Of a stretch of DNA of 64,000 nt, positions 9,826-18,211 are shown in pieces. The position numbers were made by a program, and so were the translations under genes. Within the stretch, counting starts at the first letter, position 1, and every line of letters begins with the position of its first letter. Source of the DNA: a virus. The DNA is taken from the IMG/VR virus record IMGVR_UViG_3300023180_000018. One strand, given 5' to 3'. The notes below the pieces were generated by a model. It had not been told where the DNA came from and did no database searches. It saw nothing but the letters and a program-made list of their open reading frames with translations.

Positions 9826-11270
9826 TACATTACCTTTACTTTATAAATTTTATAATCAAACTTTTCATCATCATAAATTTTAACACGTTCTATTAGATGT
9901 TTCAGAGTAAAGTTTGTTTTAGATTTCCAACTTAAGTCATCCGCGATATCATACAACGTAGCGGAATCTTTTGTATCTGATTTACGTAACGCTCTTCCAA
10001 TACTTTGCAAATTCCTGATTTTGGATTTAGATGGAGAGGCAAATATAACGGAATGTAGGTTTCTGATATTAACTCCGGTTGAAAAAGTACCATAACTAGC
10101 AACAATGATAGCGTCGGTTTCATTTTCAACGATATGTCTGATTTCATCACGTTCTTCACCTTTAATTCCTCCGTGTATAAAAAACACTTTCCTATCTTTA
10201 ACTTTTCTTTTTATCATTTCTTCGAGTAATTTACCATGTTTTTCTACGTATTGGAAAAGTAATAATGTATTTCCTTCTAAAGATACTGCTAAATTACAAA
10301 TAAAATTATTTCTTTCTTCATTTTGTACAAGAAAATCCATTTCATCTTGGTATTTTAAAGAAGAAACTCCTTTTTTGATTTCATCTAGATAATTGAGTGT
10401 TATTATTTTAATTTTAAAATCTGCTAATGTTCCTTGATCCATCAATTCTTTTGATGTTGTTACTTTATTAACTGGTCCAAATAATCCTTCTAATACTAGC
10501 TGATGTGTTTGTGATCCATCAAGTGTTCCTGTAAATCCAAATCTATATTCACAATTTTCTAGTTTAGTCATTATAGATGTAAGAGATTTAGCTTTAAACA
10601 AATGTGCTTCATCTCCAATCACAACATCAAAATTTTCAAACCAATCTTTTCTTAATTTATATATAGATTGCCACGTAGTAATTACAATAGGTTTATCTGT
10701 GTTTTTATCTTGTCCAGAAAATATTTTATGACAATATTTTTCAGATTTAAATCCATAAGATTCAAAGTCAGAATACATCTGATGTACAAGCGTTGTTGTT
10801 GGTACAATAATAAGTGTTGGTCTTAGATACCAACGCATTATCATATAAATTATAAAAGATTTTCCGGATGCAGTAGGAGAAAGAAATACACCTCGGCTAT
10901 AACGCACAGCATCTAAAAAAGCAGTAACCTGATAATCCCTAGGAGTGAGAGTAAATTTTTGTTTTTCTAGAAATTCATTTGCTTCTATTAACGAAATATT
11001 AGTAGCAGAATTATCATATTCATATTCATAATTATAACCACGTTCTTTACAAAATTTTTCAACATACTTAGTTAATCCTGCATATAACATTTGAGTTGCA
11101 GTATTATATAATCGTATTTGACCATCCCACACTTTCATTTTATATTGTGGCATAAATTGATAGCCTGGAACTTTAAACGTAAAGTAGTCCGACATTTCTT
11201 GTGCCGCACCCATATCATCTGTAGCAATCTGATTATAGACTGCGTTGACTTTACGTATATAAAATGTCAT
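9825..11270 (-). CDS. uvsW: SF2 DNA helicase UvsW
   Basis: PRDYQ, SPTASGKS, GDEAH, GFTGT, QSIGRALR motifs. Confidence 0.95.
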   Translation of the reverse strand: MTFYIRKVNAVYNQIATDDMGAAQEMSDYFTFKVPGYQFMPQYKMKVWDGQIRLYNTATQMLYAGLTKYVEKFCKERGYNYEYEYDNSATNISLIEANEFLEKQKFTLTPRDYQVTAFLDAVRYSRGVFLSPTASGKSFIIYMIMRWYLRPTLIIVPTTTLVHQMYSDFESYGFKSEKYCHKIFSGQDKNTDKPIVITTWQSIYKLRKDWFENFDVVIGDEAHLFKAKSLTSIMTKLENCEYRFGFTGTLDGSQTHQLVLEGLFGPVNKVTTSKELMDQGTLADFKIKIITLNYLDEIKKGVSSLKYQDEMDFLVQNEERNNFICNLAVSLEGNTLLLFQYVEKHGKLLEEMIKRKVKDRKVFFIHGGIKGEERDEIRHIVENETDAIIVASYGTFSTGVNIRNLHSVIFASPSKSKIRNLQSIGRALRKSDTKDSATLYDIADDLSWKSKTNFTLKHLIERVKIYDDEKFDYKIYKVKVM

Positions 11271-11719
11271 GCGCCAACTTTAAACTTTTCCCATTCAATA
11301 TAAGATTTAATTTGGAAACCACGATTACTAATAGTTTTAATAATAGAGTCCAGTAATTCTAATTTTTCTTTTTGATACGCTAATTTTAAATTAGCAGCTA
11401 TTATATCAGAATCTGCATCTACATATGTGGTAACATCATTTTTAAGAATTCTACCTTTAGAAGGTAGTTTCCAACCTTTTTCAATTTGTTCTTCCGTAGG
11501 ACCATCTTGATAAAATTCTTGTTTTTCTAATTTAAGAATTTTAATATCAGATTCCATTTTTTTATGGACTAATTTTTCTTGGGAATATATACGATAATAT
11601 TTGTGATGTAATTTTGCAATATCTAAAGCTGCGTTACCTATTTCACTTCTATTTACATCAGAATCTTTTTCCCATAACTCAAAGATTTCTTCAAGCGACA
11701 TAATATAAATTCCATTCAA
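11267..11719 (-). CDS. uvsY: recombination mediator UvsY
   Basis: LHHKY, YVDADSDI, ISNRGFQIKSYIEWEKF; upstream of uvsW; true start probably 11701. Confidence 0.88.
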   Translation of the reverse strand: MNGIYIMSLEEIFELWEKDSDVNRSEIGNAALDIAKLHHKYYRIYSQEKLVHKKMESDIKILKLEKQEFYQDGPTEEQIEKGWKLPSKGRILKNDVTTYVDADSDIIAANLKLAYQKEKLELLDSIIKTISNRGFQIKSYIEWEKFKVGA

Positions 11720-11726
11720 AAATATA

Positions 11727-11755
11727 ATTATAACACATTATTCTAGTGTTGTAAA
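11727..11755 (-). promoter_or_regulatory. sigma70-type promoter (TTTACA-N17-TATAAT) for the uvsY-uvsW operon
   Basis: motif read on the minus strand just upstream of uvsY. Confidence 0.6.
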
Positions 11756-12259
11756 GGTATATCCCGTGTATTTAAAACTAGCAGTTGCTTCAATATAATC
11801 AATTCCAGTATCTGCGGTATTAAAATCTAAACTACTTAATGAGATAGGAATCAAATCTCTAAAGTTTACTTGGATGATAGGATTCATTGCGCTTGAAAGA
11901 ATCATTAACGTTCCATCAGAATAAATGCCTTCGCCAGTGAAAGTTTCTGCGGTTGCAATATTTTGATGTTGTCCAAAATTATCTGGAAAAGTAATTGCTA
12001 CTAACCAATCATGTAATTCTCTATAATTAGATAGATCTTCGTTTACTTTAAATCCAATCTGCAATTCTTCGTATACTAAATGATCACCATAAACAGGAAT
12101 AGCTTTAAGAGGTGTAGGTATTTCTGGAGATCCTGTAGTAATACCCGGAATGTTAGCGCGCTGTACAAAAAAATTCATACCTGGTGATCTTTTTATAGAA
12201 AAAGAAAACCCGACGGGCGATAACATATTTTTATTAAAGTCAGCCATATGATTACTCAT
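11738..12259 (-). CDS. gp3: tail tube terminator / tail completion protein
   Basis: NMLSPVGFSF, FFVQRANIPGI, FKVNEDLSNYRELHDW, SDGTLMILSS; position between gp23 and uvsY. Confidence 0.85.
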   Translation of the reverse strand: MSNHMADFNKNMLSPVGFSFSIKRSPGMNFFVQRANIPGITTGSPEIPTPLKAIPVYGDHLVYEELQIGFKVNEDLSNYRELHDWLVAITFPDNFGQHQNIATAETFTGEGIYSDGTLMILSSAMNPIIQVNFRDLIPISLSSLDFNTADTGIDYIEATASFKYTGYTFTTLE

Positions 12260-12276
12260 TATAGAGATATTTTATA

Positions 12277-12284
12277 TATTTATA
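12277..12284 (-). promoter_or_regulatory. T4-type late promoter TATAAATA (gp3)
   Basis: exact gp55 consensus upstream of gp3. Confidence 0.75.
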
Positions 12285-13281
12285 ATGTTTTAGTATAGCC
12301 TTCAAATACTCTATTAAATTGATTATTGACTCTAATAAATGTTGCGCATTTACTTAATTGCTTTAAAGTGGGGGCCCCAACATAAGTACAAGCAGACCTA
12401 AGACCACCAAGAATATCTTGAATTGTGGGGTCAATGGGCCCACGGTAAGGAACTTCAACAACACGTCCTTCACTAGCTCTATAATCTTTGAAATCATCGC
12501 CCTGGGCTTCCTTTGATGACATTCCATAAAATTTGACATGCTGGCCTACAACTTCTCCACCTCCTTCATCATGTCCAGCTAGCATGCCCCCTAGCATTAC
12601 AAAATCTGCACCTGCAGCAAAAGCTTTTACGATATCGCCAGGTGAAGTACAACCACCATCAGCAATAATATGTCCACCGAGACCATGCGCAGCATCGGCA
12701 CATTCGATGACCGCAGACAACTGTGGATAGCCAATCCCAGTTTTAATACGAGTAGTGCATACACTGCCAGGTCCAATACCAACTTTAACGATGTCTGCTC
12801 CACGTAAAATCAATTCCTCTGTAATATCTGGCGTGACTACATTCCCAGCTATAATAGTATGACCAGGATACTTTTCTCTTGTTTCTTGTACAAAATTTAT
12901 AAATCTTTCACTATATCCATTTGCAACATCAATACATATGTATTCTACAAACGGGTTATTTTTTAAGAGTTTATCTAATCTTTTAGAATCATTATCAGTA
13001 ATTCCAGTACTGATTGCTACATGTTTACTGACTGGAATATGATCATATGTTTTAACTAAACATGTAAATAATTCCATTTTAGATAGTGCTACAGCCATAT
13101 TCCATGTGCCTACACCATCCATATTAGAAGCCATGATAGGTATACCTTTATATCCTTGGCCACTATTTCGAAATTTAAAAACTCTTTCTAAGCTAACTTC
13201 TTTTCTTGAGCCTAAAGTACTTCTCTTTGGTCTCAGTAATACATCGCTGTAATCAAGTTTAATATCATTTTCTAGTCTCAT
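12280..13281 (-). CDS. guaC: GMP reductase
   Basis: [63 protein letters not shown]; start reassigned to the ATG at 13281 behind AAGGTGG. Confidence 0.95.
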   Translation of the reverse strand: MRLENDIKLDYSDVLLRPKRSTLGSRKEVSLERVFKFRNSGQGYKGIPIMASNMDGVGTWNMAVALSKMELFTCLVKTYDHIPVSKHVAISTGITDNDSKRLDKLLKNNPFVEYICIDVANGYSERFINFVQETREKYPGHTIIAGNVVTPDITEELILRGADIVKVGIGPGSVCTTRIKTGIGYPQLSAVIECADAAHGLGGHIIADGGCTSPGDIVKAFAAGADFVMLGGMLAGHDEGGGEVVGQHVKFYGMSSKEAQGDDFKDYRASEGRVVEVPYRGPIDPTIQDILGGLRSACTYVGAPTLKQLSKCATFIRVNNQFNRVFEGYTKTL

Positions 13282-13314
13282 AATTAGAACCACCTTATAG
13301 TTAACTCAATATCT

Positions 13315-13342
13315 ATTATACGCAATTGCGTTAAAATGTCAA
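13315..13342 (-). promoter_or_regulatory. consensus sigma70 promoter TTGACA-N16-TATAAT driving guaC
   Basis: perfect hexamers; the spacer holds most of the palindrome ACGCAATTGCGT (13320-13331). Confidence 0.8.
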
Positions 13343-13357
13343 CTATATTTAGTATAT

Positions 13358-13383
13358 AAAAAAAGGGACCCGAAGGTCCCTTT
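13358..13383 (-). terminator. intrinsic terminator of gp23 with CUUCGG loop
   Basis: minus strand AAAGGGAC-CTTCGG-GTCCC-TTTTTTT; the C(UUCG)G hairpin is characteristic of T4-like terminators. Confidence 0.9.
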
Positions 13384-13416
13384 AAAATCTCTGGCTTAAA
13401 GCTATTAGAGTTTTTA

Positions 13417-14766
13417 TTATAGCAAGTTAGATACCACTGTACGACGATAGTACACATTGCTATCAACTGTCAGAGTGCCTGCAGTTGTGCCTCCACCAGT
13501 GTGGAATGGGTTAGCAACCATACCATAACGAGTCTTAAAGCCAATTTTTGGCTGGAACGTGTTCTGATCAACAGCACGTACCATTTGCAGAGGAACATAC
13601 GGGCAATAGAAGAGACCAGCGTCAAATGCATTTGAACCCTTATAACCTACTGTCATATAATTACCAGTAGTATATGGATCAATGTATACGCGGAATCGAC
13701 CATTCAGTACACCTGCAAAAGTATTACCTGTGTCATCAACCTGAAGGTTGTTGCTATTAAGAGCAGGTGTATAATCAAGTACACCAGCCATTTGAAGGGC
13801 AGAAGCAACATCAGAAGAACAAATCAGGATGTTAGCCTTACCACGACGAGTATCTTTTGCAATACCGTTAGCTTCACGCTCGATGTGGAACATCAAACCC
13901 TTGAACTTCTCAACTGACCAACGGCCGTTAGCATCAACGTCGAGATCAAAGAAACCAGGATTAGTAGTACCAGAAGCTGAACCGCGCTTAGCAGTAACGT
14001 TAATTGTACGTACTACTTCACGGTTAATTTCAGCAAGAATTTCAGCAGCAAGAATGTTGCTCAATTCTGCTTCAGCGTCTAAGCCGTGAACTGCTTTCAG
14101 GTCTTGCGCCAATTCTAAGCTGTAATCAGCTTTCAGAGCACGAGTACCGGCAGTAACCGTTACTTTATCGATGCTGAAAGACATCTCAGCAAAATCAACC
14201 GAAGTATTAGTACCTAATGCTTCAGCAGTTGCTGTAGGAATAGAATCAGCATAGTTATATTCGCCAGAACCAGCGATGTCAGCGTTATCAGCGTCACCAT
14301 CGAAGTCAGTACCAGCGTGGGCACCACCAGGATTAGTGTCGCCATTAGCGCCACCAGAAAAGGCAGTGTTAGCTTCATTGTAGAATGCCTCAGTGCCTTG
14401 ATCACCATAGCGAGACTTCATAGCGAAGATCAAGCCAGTAGGACCAGACATAGGCTGAACGCCACATACGTCATATGCCATAAGATTAGGCATAGCACGA
14501 CGAACGAGGCTGATCAAAATTGGATCATAACCAGTAATAGGGCCAGTTGAACCAGAACCCATACCATTAGCACCAATAACGTTAGTAGGTGCTTCTGATA
14601 AAAGTTGCTGATGTGCACCGATGTTAGCAGCTTCGCGAAGAGACTGTTCGGTGTTTTCCAGAATCATTGCCGTAACTGAACGACGATGAGTGTCCTGGAT
14701 AGCAGGAAGATCAGGATGATTAATCACCGAGTCCCACTTCTGTTGGATTTGCTCATTTAAGTTCAT
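13417..14766 (-). CDS. gp23: major capsid protein
   Basis: YDPILISLVRRAMP, GVQPMSGPTGLIFA, ELAQDLKAVHGLDAEAEL, FQPKIGFKTRYG. Confidence 0.98.
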   Translation of the reverse strand: MNLNEQIQQKWDSVINHPDLPAIQDTHRRSVTAMILENTEQSLREAANIGAHQQLLSEAPTNVIGANGMGSGSTGPITGYDPILISLVRRAMPNLMAYDVCGVQPMSGPTGLIFAMKSRYGDQGTEAFYNEANTAFSGGANGDTNPGGAHAGTDFDGDADNADIAGSGEYNYADSIPTATAEALGTNTSVDFAEMSFSIDKVTVTAGTRALKADYSLELAQDLKAVHGLDAEAELSNILAAEILAEINREVVRTINVTAKRGSASGTTNPGFFDLDVDANGRWSVEKFKGLMFHIEREANGIAKDTRRGKANILICSSDVASALQMAGVLDYTPALNSNNLQVDDTGNTFAGVLNGRFRVYIDPYTTGNYMTVGYKGSNAFDAGLFYCPYVPLQMVRAVDQNTFQPKIGFKTRYGMVANPFHTGGGTTAGTLTVDSNVYYRRTVVSNLL

Positions 14767-14805
14767 ATTTACTCCTTGAATGTTTTAATGGGCGTTGCTA
14801 TATTT

Positions 14806-14813
14806 TATTTATA
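14806..14813 (-). promoter_or_regulatory. late promoter TATAAATA (gp23)
   Basis: exact consensus about 40 nt upstream of gp23. Confidence 0.8.
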
Positions 14814-14818
14814 AAAAT

Positions 14819-15877
14819 TTACTTTTTAATCGACCTTGCGATCGCACTGACGTAAGCTTTCATTTCTACTGGAACTACAGCTTCTTCTTCTGGAGCATCA
14901 TTTGATGCAATAGAATCTTCTTCTGTAATTAAACCTGTAGAAGTTGACGGTGCTTCTTCAACTGACTCAGAAAAATACTGCGACTTAATCATTTTAAGTT
15001 TTGCAGCATATTCTTCTTTGGTTGAATACTCAACACCTTCTGTCAACGTACGAAACTTTTCTGTCTGAGTATCAGCAAGACCTTCAGCAACGTTGGCAAA
15101 AACCCCATTTGCTTCCAGTTCAGACAGAGAATTTGAGAGGCGGATATTCTCTGCTTGTGCAGAATTCAACGATTCTTCCATCTCTTCGACTTTATTGACA
15201 AGCTCTTCTACCATATCAACTTTATCTTCTGGAACTTCAACATAGTTTTGTTCAAAAAGATCTTTCAGACCTTGGATAAAGCTTTCAGTGACTTCAACAC
15301 GATAATTATTTTCAATTGCAACTTCATTCTGTTCCATCCATTGCTCTACAACATAGTCCATGTATTCATTTACTTGGTTGTGCAAGGTATCAACAGATTC
15401 GGTTACTTTTTCTTCGAGCTGTGACTCGAATTCTTCTTCAATTCGTGCAACTTCAATAGCTACACGATTTGCAACAGCTGCTTCAAAAAGAGTTGATGCT
15501 TGATCTTTAAACTCTTCAGATAATTCTTGGCCGGCAAACATTTCTTCAACATCTTCTTTTACAGCTTTAGCAGAAGGTGAAGGAACGCCAGCTCCATTTT
15601 GCTTAATAGACGCAACATTTTGTGCGTGGGTGCTTGGTGTAGGCTCGTTGCCAACTTGAGCAAGAACTTTCGTTAAAAACGAAGAAAGATCTTGCTTTGA
15701 CATACCAGCTACATGCTTCATAAGGTCTCCGAGCATTGCTGATTTTGTTGAACCTGGCTTTAAAGAGCTTTGAGCATTTTCATCAATCTGCTCTTCAGCT
15801 ACTTCAACTTCAGTTTCAACAACGTCAGTTTCGAGCTCCTCGACATTAACTTCGAGATTTTGGTCGGTCATGTACAT
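14819..15877 (-). CDS. gp22: prohead core scaffolding protein
   Basis: acidic; LSEEFKDQASTLFEAAV, YMDYVVEQWM; between gp21 and gp23. Confidence 0.92.
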   Translation of the reverse strand: MYMTDQNLEVNVEELETDVVETEVEVAEEQIDENAQSSLKPGSTKSAMLGDLMKHVAGMSKQDLSSFLTKVLAQVGNEPTPSTHAQNVASIKQNGAGVPSPSAKAVKEDVEEMFAGQELSEEFKDQASTLFEAAVANRVAIEVARIEEEFESQLEEKVTESVDTLHNQVNEYMDYVVEQWMEQNEVAIENNYRVEVTESFIQGLKDLFEQNYVEVPEDKVDMVEELVNKVEEMEESLNSAQAENIRLSNSLSELEANGVFANVAEGLADTQTEKFRTLTEGVEYSTKEEYAAKLKMIKSQYFSESVEEAPSTSTGLITEEDSIASNDAPEEEAVVPVEMKAYVSAIARSIKK

Positions 15878-15906
15878 GTACTCCCTAGTTTAATTCTAGC
15901 TAATAT

Positions 15907-15914
15907 TATTTATA
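15907..15914 (-). promoter_or_regulatory. late promoter TATAAATA (gp22)
   Basis: exact consensus in the intergenic gap. Confidence 0.75.
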
Positions 15915-15925
15915 AAAATTTTTAT

Positions 15926-16582
15926 TTAAGACAATCCGTTGATAAATGACTGAAAGGCCTTCATCATTGCCTGTTCATTGAGTTTCTTTTTACGAGAAGC
16001 TTCTTCAATTTGAGCTCGAACTTCTTCAGCTTTACGTTCTGCTAATTTTCCATTATCCCATATCCACTCAACACCCTCCATAATACCATTAACGAATGCA
16101 TCTGGGGCTGAAGGGTCTGCTACAATATCTGCAGCTGTTGCAAGCCAAAAATCGTCTTGCACTTCCATTACACCATCTTTACGTTCTTTGATAGAACCCA
16201 TACCACGAGAAGATACTCCTAGTTGAGCTCCATCTTCAATAAGACCGCGAGCAATAGTACCCATTGGCGTAGAAGAAATTTTTGCTTTACCTATAAAATT
16301 ATCACCATCTTGTTTTAATTCTGTGATGATATGTGAAACTCTATCTAAATTAATTCCAGGTCCATCTGGATGTCCTAACTCACCATATGCTCGGCCTTTT
16401 GAGACATTTTCTTTCATATACCTATTAACTTCATTCGATAAAATATCAGTAGAATACCAACGGCCGTTTCTATTCTTAAGGTTTCCTTGTAAAAAAACAC
16501 CTTCAATATAAAGGTTCTTTTTGCCGTCTTGTTCTTCTACTAAATAAGTTACTTGCTCGGTGAGTTCTTTAATTAGTTTCAT
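15926..16582 (-). CDS. gp21: prohead core protease
   Basis: NRNGRWY, AYGELGHP, GVSSRGMGS, DIVADPSAPDAFV. Confidence 0.96.
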   Translation of the reverse strand: MKLIKELTEQVTYLVEEQDGKKNLYIEGVFLQGNLKNRNGRWYSTDILSNEVNRYMKENVSKGRAYGELGHPDGPGINLDRVSHIITELKQDGDNFIGKAKISSTPMGTIARGLIEDGAQLGVSSRGMGSIKERKDGVMEVQDDFWLATAADIVADPSAPDAFVNGIMEGVEWIWDNGKLAERKAEEVRAQIEEASRKKKLNEQAMMKAFQSFINGLS

Positions 16583-16587
16583 ATTTA

Positions 16588-16839
16588 TTAGCCTGTTGTA
16601 TAAGCAATAGAAGTAGCTTTAACCGTTTGAGTTGAAGCTAATGTATCTGTTGATGCTTTTTCTAAAAACATAATTGCACCATTTGGACATGTAATAGTTC
16701 CAATCGTATTAGCTTCACTGTCTGCTCTTGTAATTAACGCAGGATTACCACTATCATTTAAAATACGAACAACTACTGCAGAAGAAATATTATCAGCAGT
16801 AGTTAAGTTAGCTTCTGTTGAAAGAATTTTTACTAACAT
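16588..16839 (-). CDS. small conserved head-region protein
   Basis: 83-aa beta-rich ORF immediately upstream of gp21. Confidence 0.6.
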   Translation of the reverse strand: MLVKILSTEANLTTADNISSAVVVRILNDSGNPALITRADSEANTIGTITCPNGAIMFLEKASTDTLASTQTVKATSIAYTTG

Positions 16840-16841
16840 TA

Positions 16842-17393
16842 TTAGTCATCCTCGCATTCACATGGATCACAATCACATTTTTCACAATGGTCTTCATCAT
16901 CTTCTTCATCATCTTCTTCATCGTCTTCTTCAAAAATCATATCTAAAAATTCTTCATAACCTTCATCGGTAGAAAGCATTTCGTCAATTAGTGCTTGTTC
17001 TTCTTCTGTTGCTTCTTGATAAAAGTCACTGACTGCTTCATCGATAATAGAAAGATATTGTGAAGTTTCTTCATCTAAATCTACTATATTAAATAAATCT
17101 TGTTCAATAGATTCGATCATTTCTTCACTTAAATTTAATTCTGACATTGCAGTTTTAATTTCATCGAGTGTGAAAGATGCGCTTTCATACATTTCTTCAT
17201 CTTGTGGAGCTTCAGGCTGCGCTACACGAGATGTTGCATTTGCTGCAGCTTGTGCTTCTTTTACACCAGGGCCGTCAAATACAGAAATATTATCAGTATG
17301 CTTATCTGCAAATCTTTGCTCATCCCCGTCTGGCCGCACTGTGCGAACTTTATATTTTTCTAAAATGTTTTGTAGCATATCAGACATTTTCAT
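16842..17393 (-). CDS. acidic putative prohead core protein with Cys-rich C-terminus
   Basis: very acidic, in the gp67/gp68 position; ends DHCEKCDCDPCECEDD. Confidence 0.55.
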   Translation of the reverse strand: MKMSDMLQNILEKYKVRTVRPDGDEQRFADKHTDNISVFDGPGVKEAQAAANATSRVAQPEAPQDEEMYESASFTLDEIKTAMSELNLSEEMIESIEQDLFNIVDLDEETSQYLSIIDEAVSDFYQEATEEEQALIDEMLSTDEGYEEFLDMIFEEDDEEDDEEDDEDHCEKCDCDPCECEDD

Positions 17394-17598
17394 CGTCCTC
17401 TAGTTCTTGTACTTCTACTTCTGTTGGTTCTTCTAATTCTACAGAAGTTTTATTAAAAATTTGGTTAGTAACTTCTATTTTTCTATTGTCTAATGCTGCT
17501 TGTATTTTAGGTTCCATCGCCGATGAAAACGCCTTAATTGCCTGCACTGGCCTGTCTGCAACGGCAGCACTAATAAAATCTGTTAAATCATTATTCAT
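17380..17598 (-). CDS. prohead core protein (gp67-like)
   Basis: small, helical then acidic (AIKAFSSAMEPKIQAALDNRK); GGAGA RBS before the ATG at 17598; head-gene position. Confidence 0.55.
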   Translation of the reverse strand: MNNDLTDFISAAVADRPVQAIKAFSSAMEPKIQAALDNRKIEVTNQIFNKTSVELEEPTEVEVQELEDDENV

Positions 17599-17612
17599 AA
17601 TAATCTCCAATA

Positions 17613-17620
17613 TATTTATA
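17613..17620 (-). promoter_or_regulatory. late promoter TATAAATA (prohead core genes)
   Basis: exact consensus. Confidence 0.7.
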
Positions 17621-17626
17621 TATTTA

Positions 17627-18211
17627 TTATCTTAAAGCGATATCTTGTATTTTTGTTGCAATCTTGCCAAGTTTATTGCCGGTTGTTCCAACCGTGACAT
17701 GATCGACAAGAGCTTCATCCCAAACACTGTCAGCAATCGCAGCAATATCTGTATTTGTAATATTTACACCAAGTGCTTCAACTCTAATCAAATCTACAAT
17801 GTTAGATCTTACGAGTGAAGTGGATACACCTTCGGCAAAAAGGAATGGATTTTGTCCGGTTTCTCGTGTGTAAATATTTCCTTCTACTGTTAACACATAT
17901 GGATCTTTGCTAGCAAACGGCTGTATTCTCCATCCATTCTCAAGGAAGTATGTTGTACCAACATTACGATCGTCAGTAATCGGATCACCACCAATTGCTG
18001 TAATAGCCTTTGGCCACGTCGATGCTGTGCCTTGTTCTGGAGAATAGATACTCCACTCTTTCCATGCAGAATAGATATCAACCTTTACATCAAGTTCTGT
18101 AACACCTTCACTTACGAATATGGTTTTCGTAGGCCCATCAAATACTACCTTTTGATCGGGATAGTCAGCCCAATTCCACCAATTGCCGTAATTGAAATGG
18201 ATAGAAGGCAT
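17627..18211 (-). CDS. putative virion structural protein
   Basis: DIYSAWKEW...YFLENGWRI segment shared with the 698-aa protein; C-terminal IADSVWDEAL..H...GTTG motif. Confidence 0.55.
   Translation of the reverse strand: MPSIHFNYGNWWNWADYPDQKVVFDGPTKTIFVSEGVTELDVKVDIYSAWKEWSIYSPEQGTASTWPKAITAIGGDPITDDRNVGTTYFLENGWRIQPFASKDPYVLTVEGNIYTRETGQNPFLFAEGVSTSLVRSNIVDLIRVEALGVNITNTDIAAIADSVWDEALVDHVTVGTTGNKLGKIATKIQDIALR

Noticed and set aside
12280-13281. IMP dehydrogenase (guaB)
   Set aside because: No CBS domains; DVANGYSE and YRASEG motifs and the length fit GMP reductase
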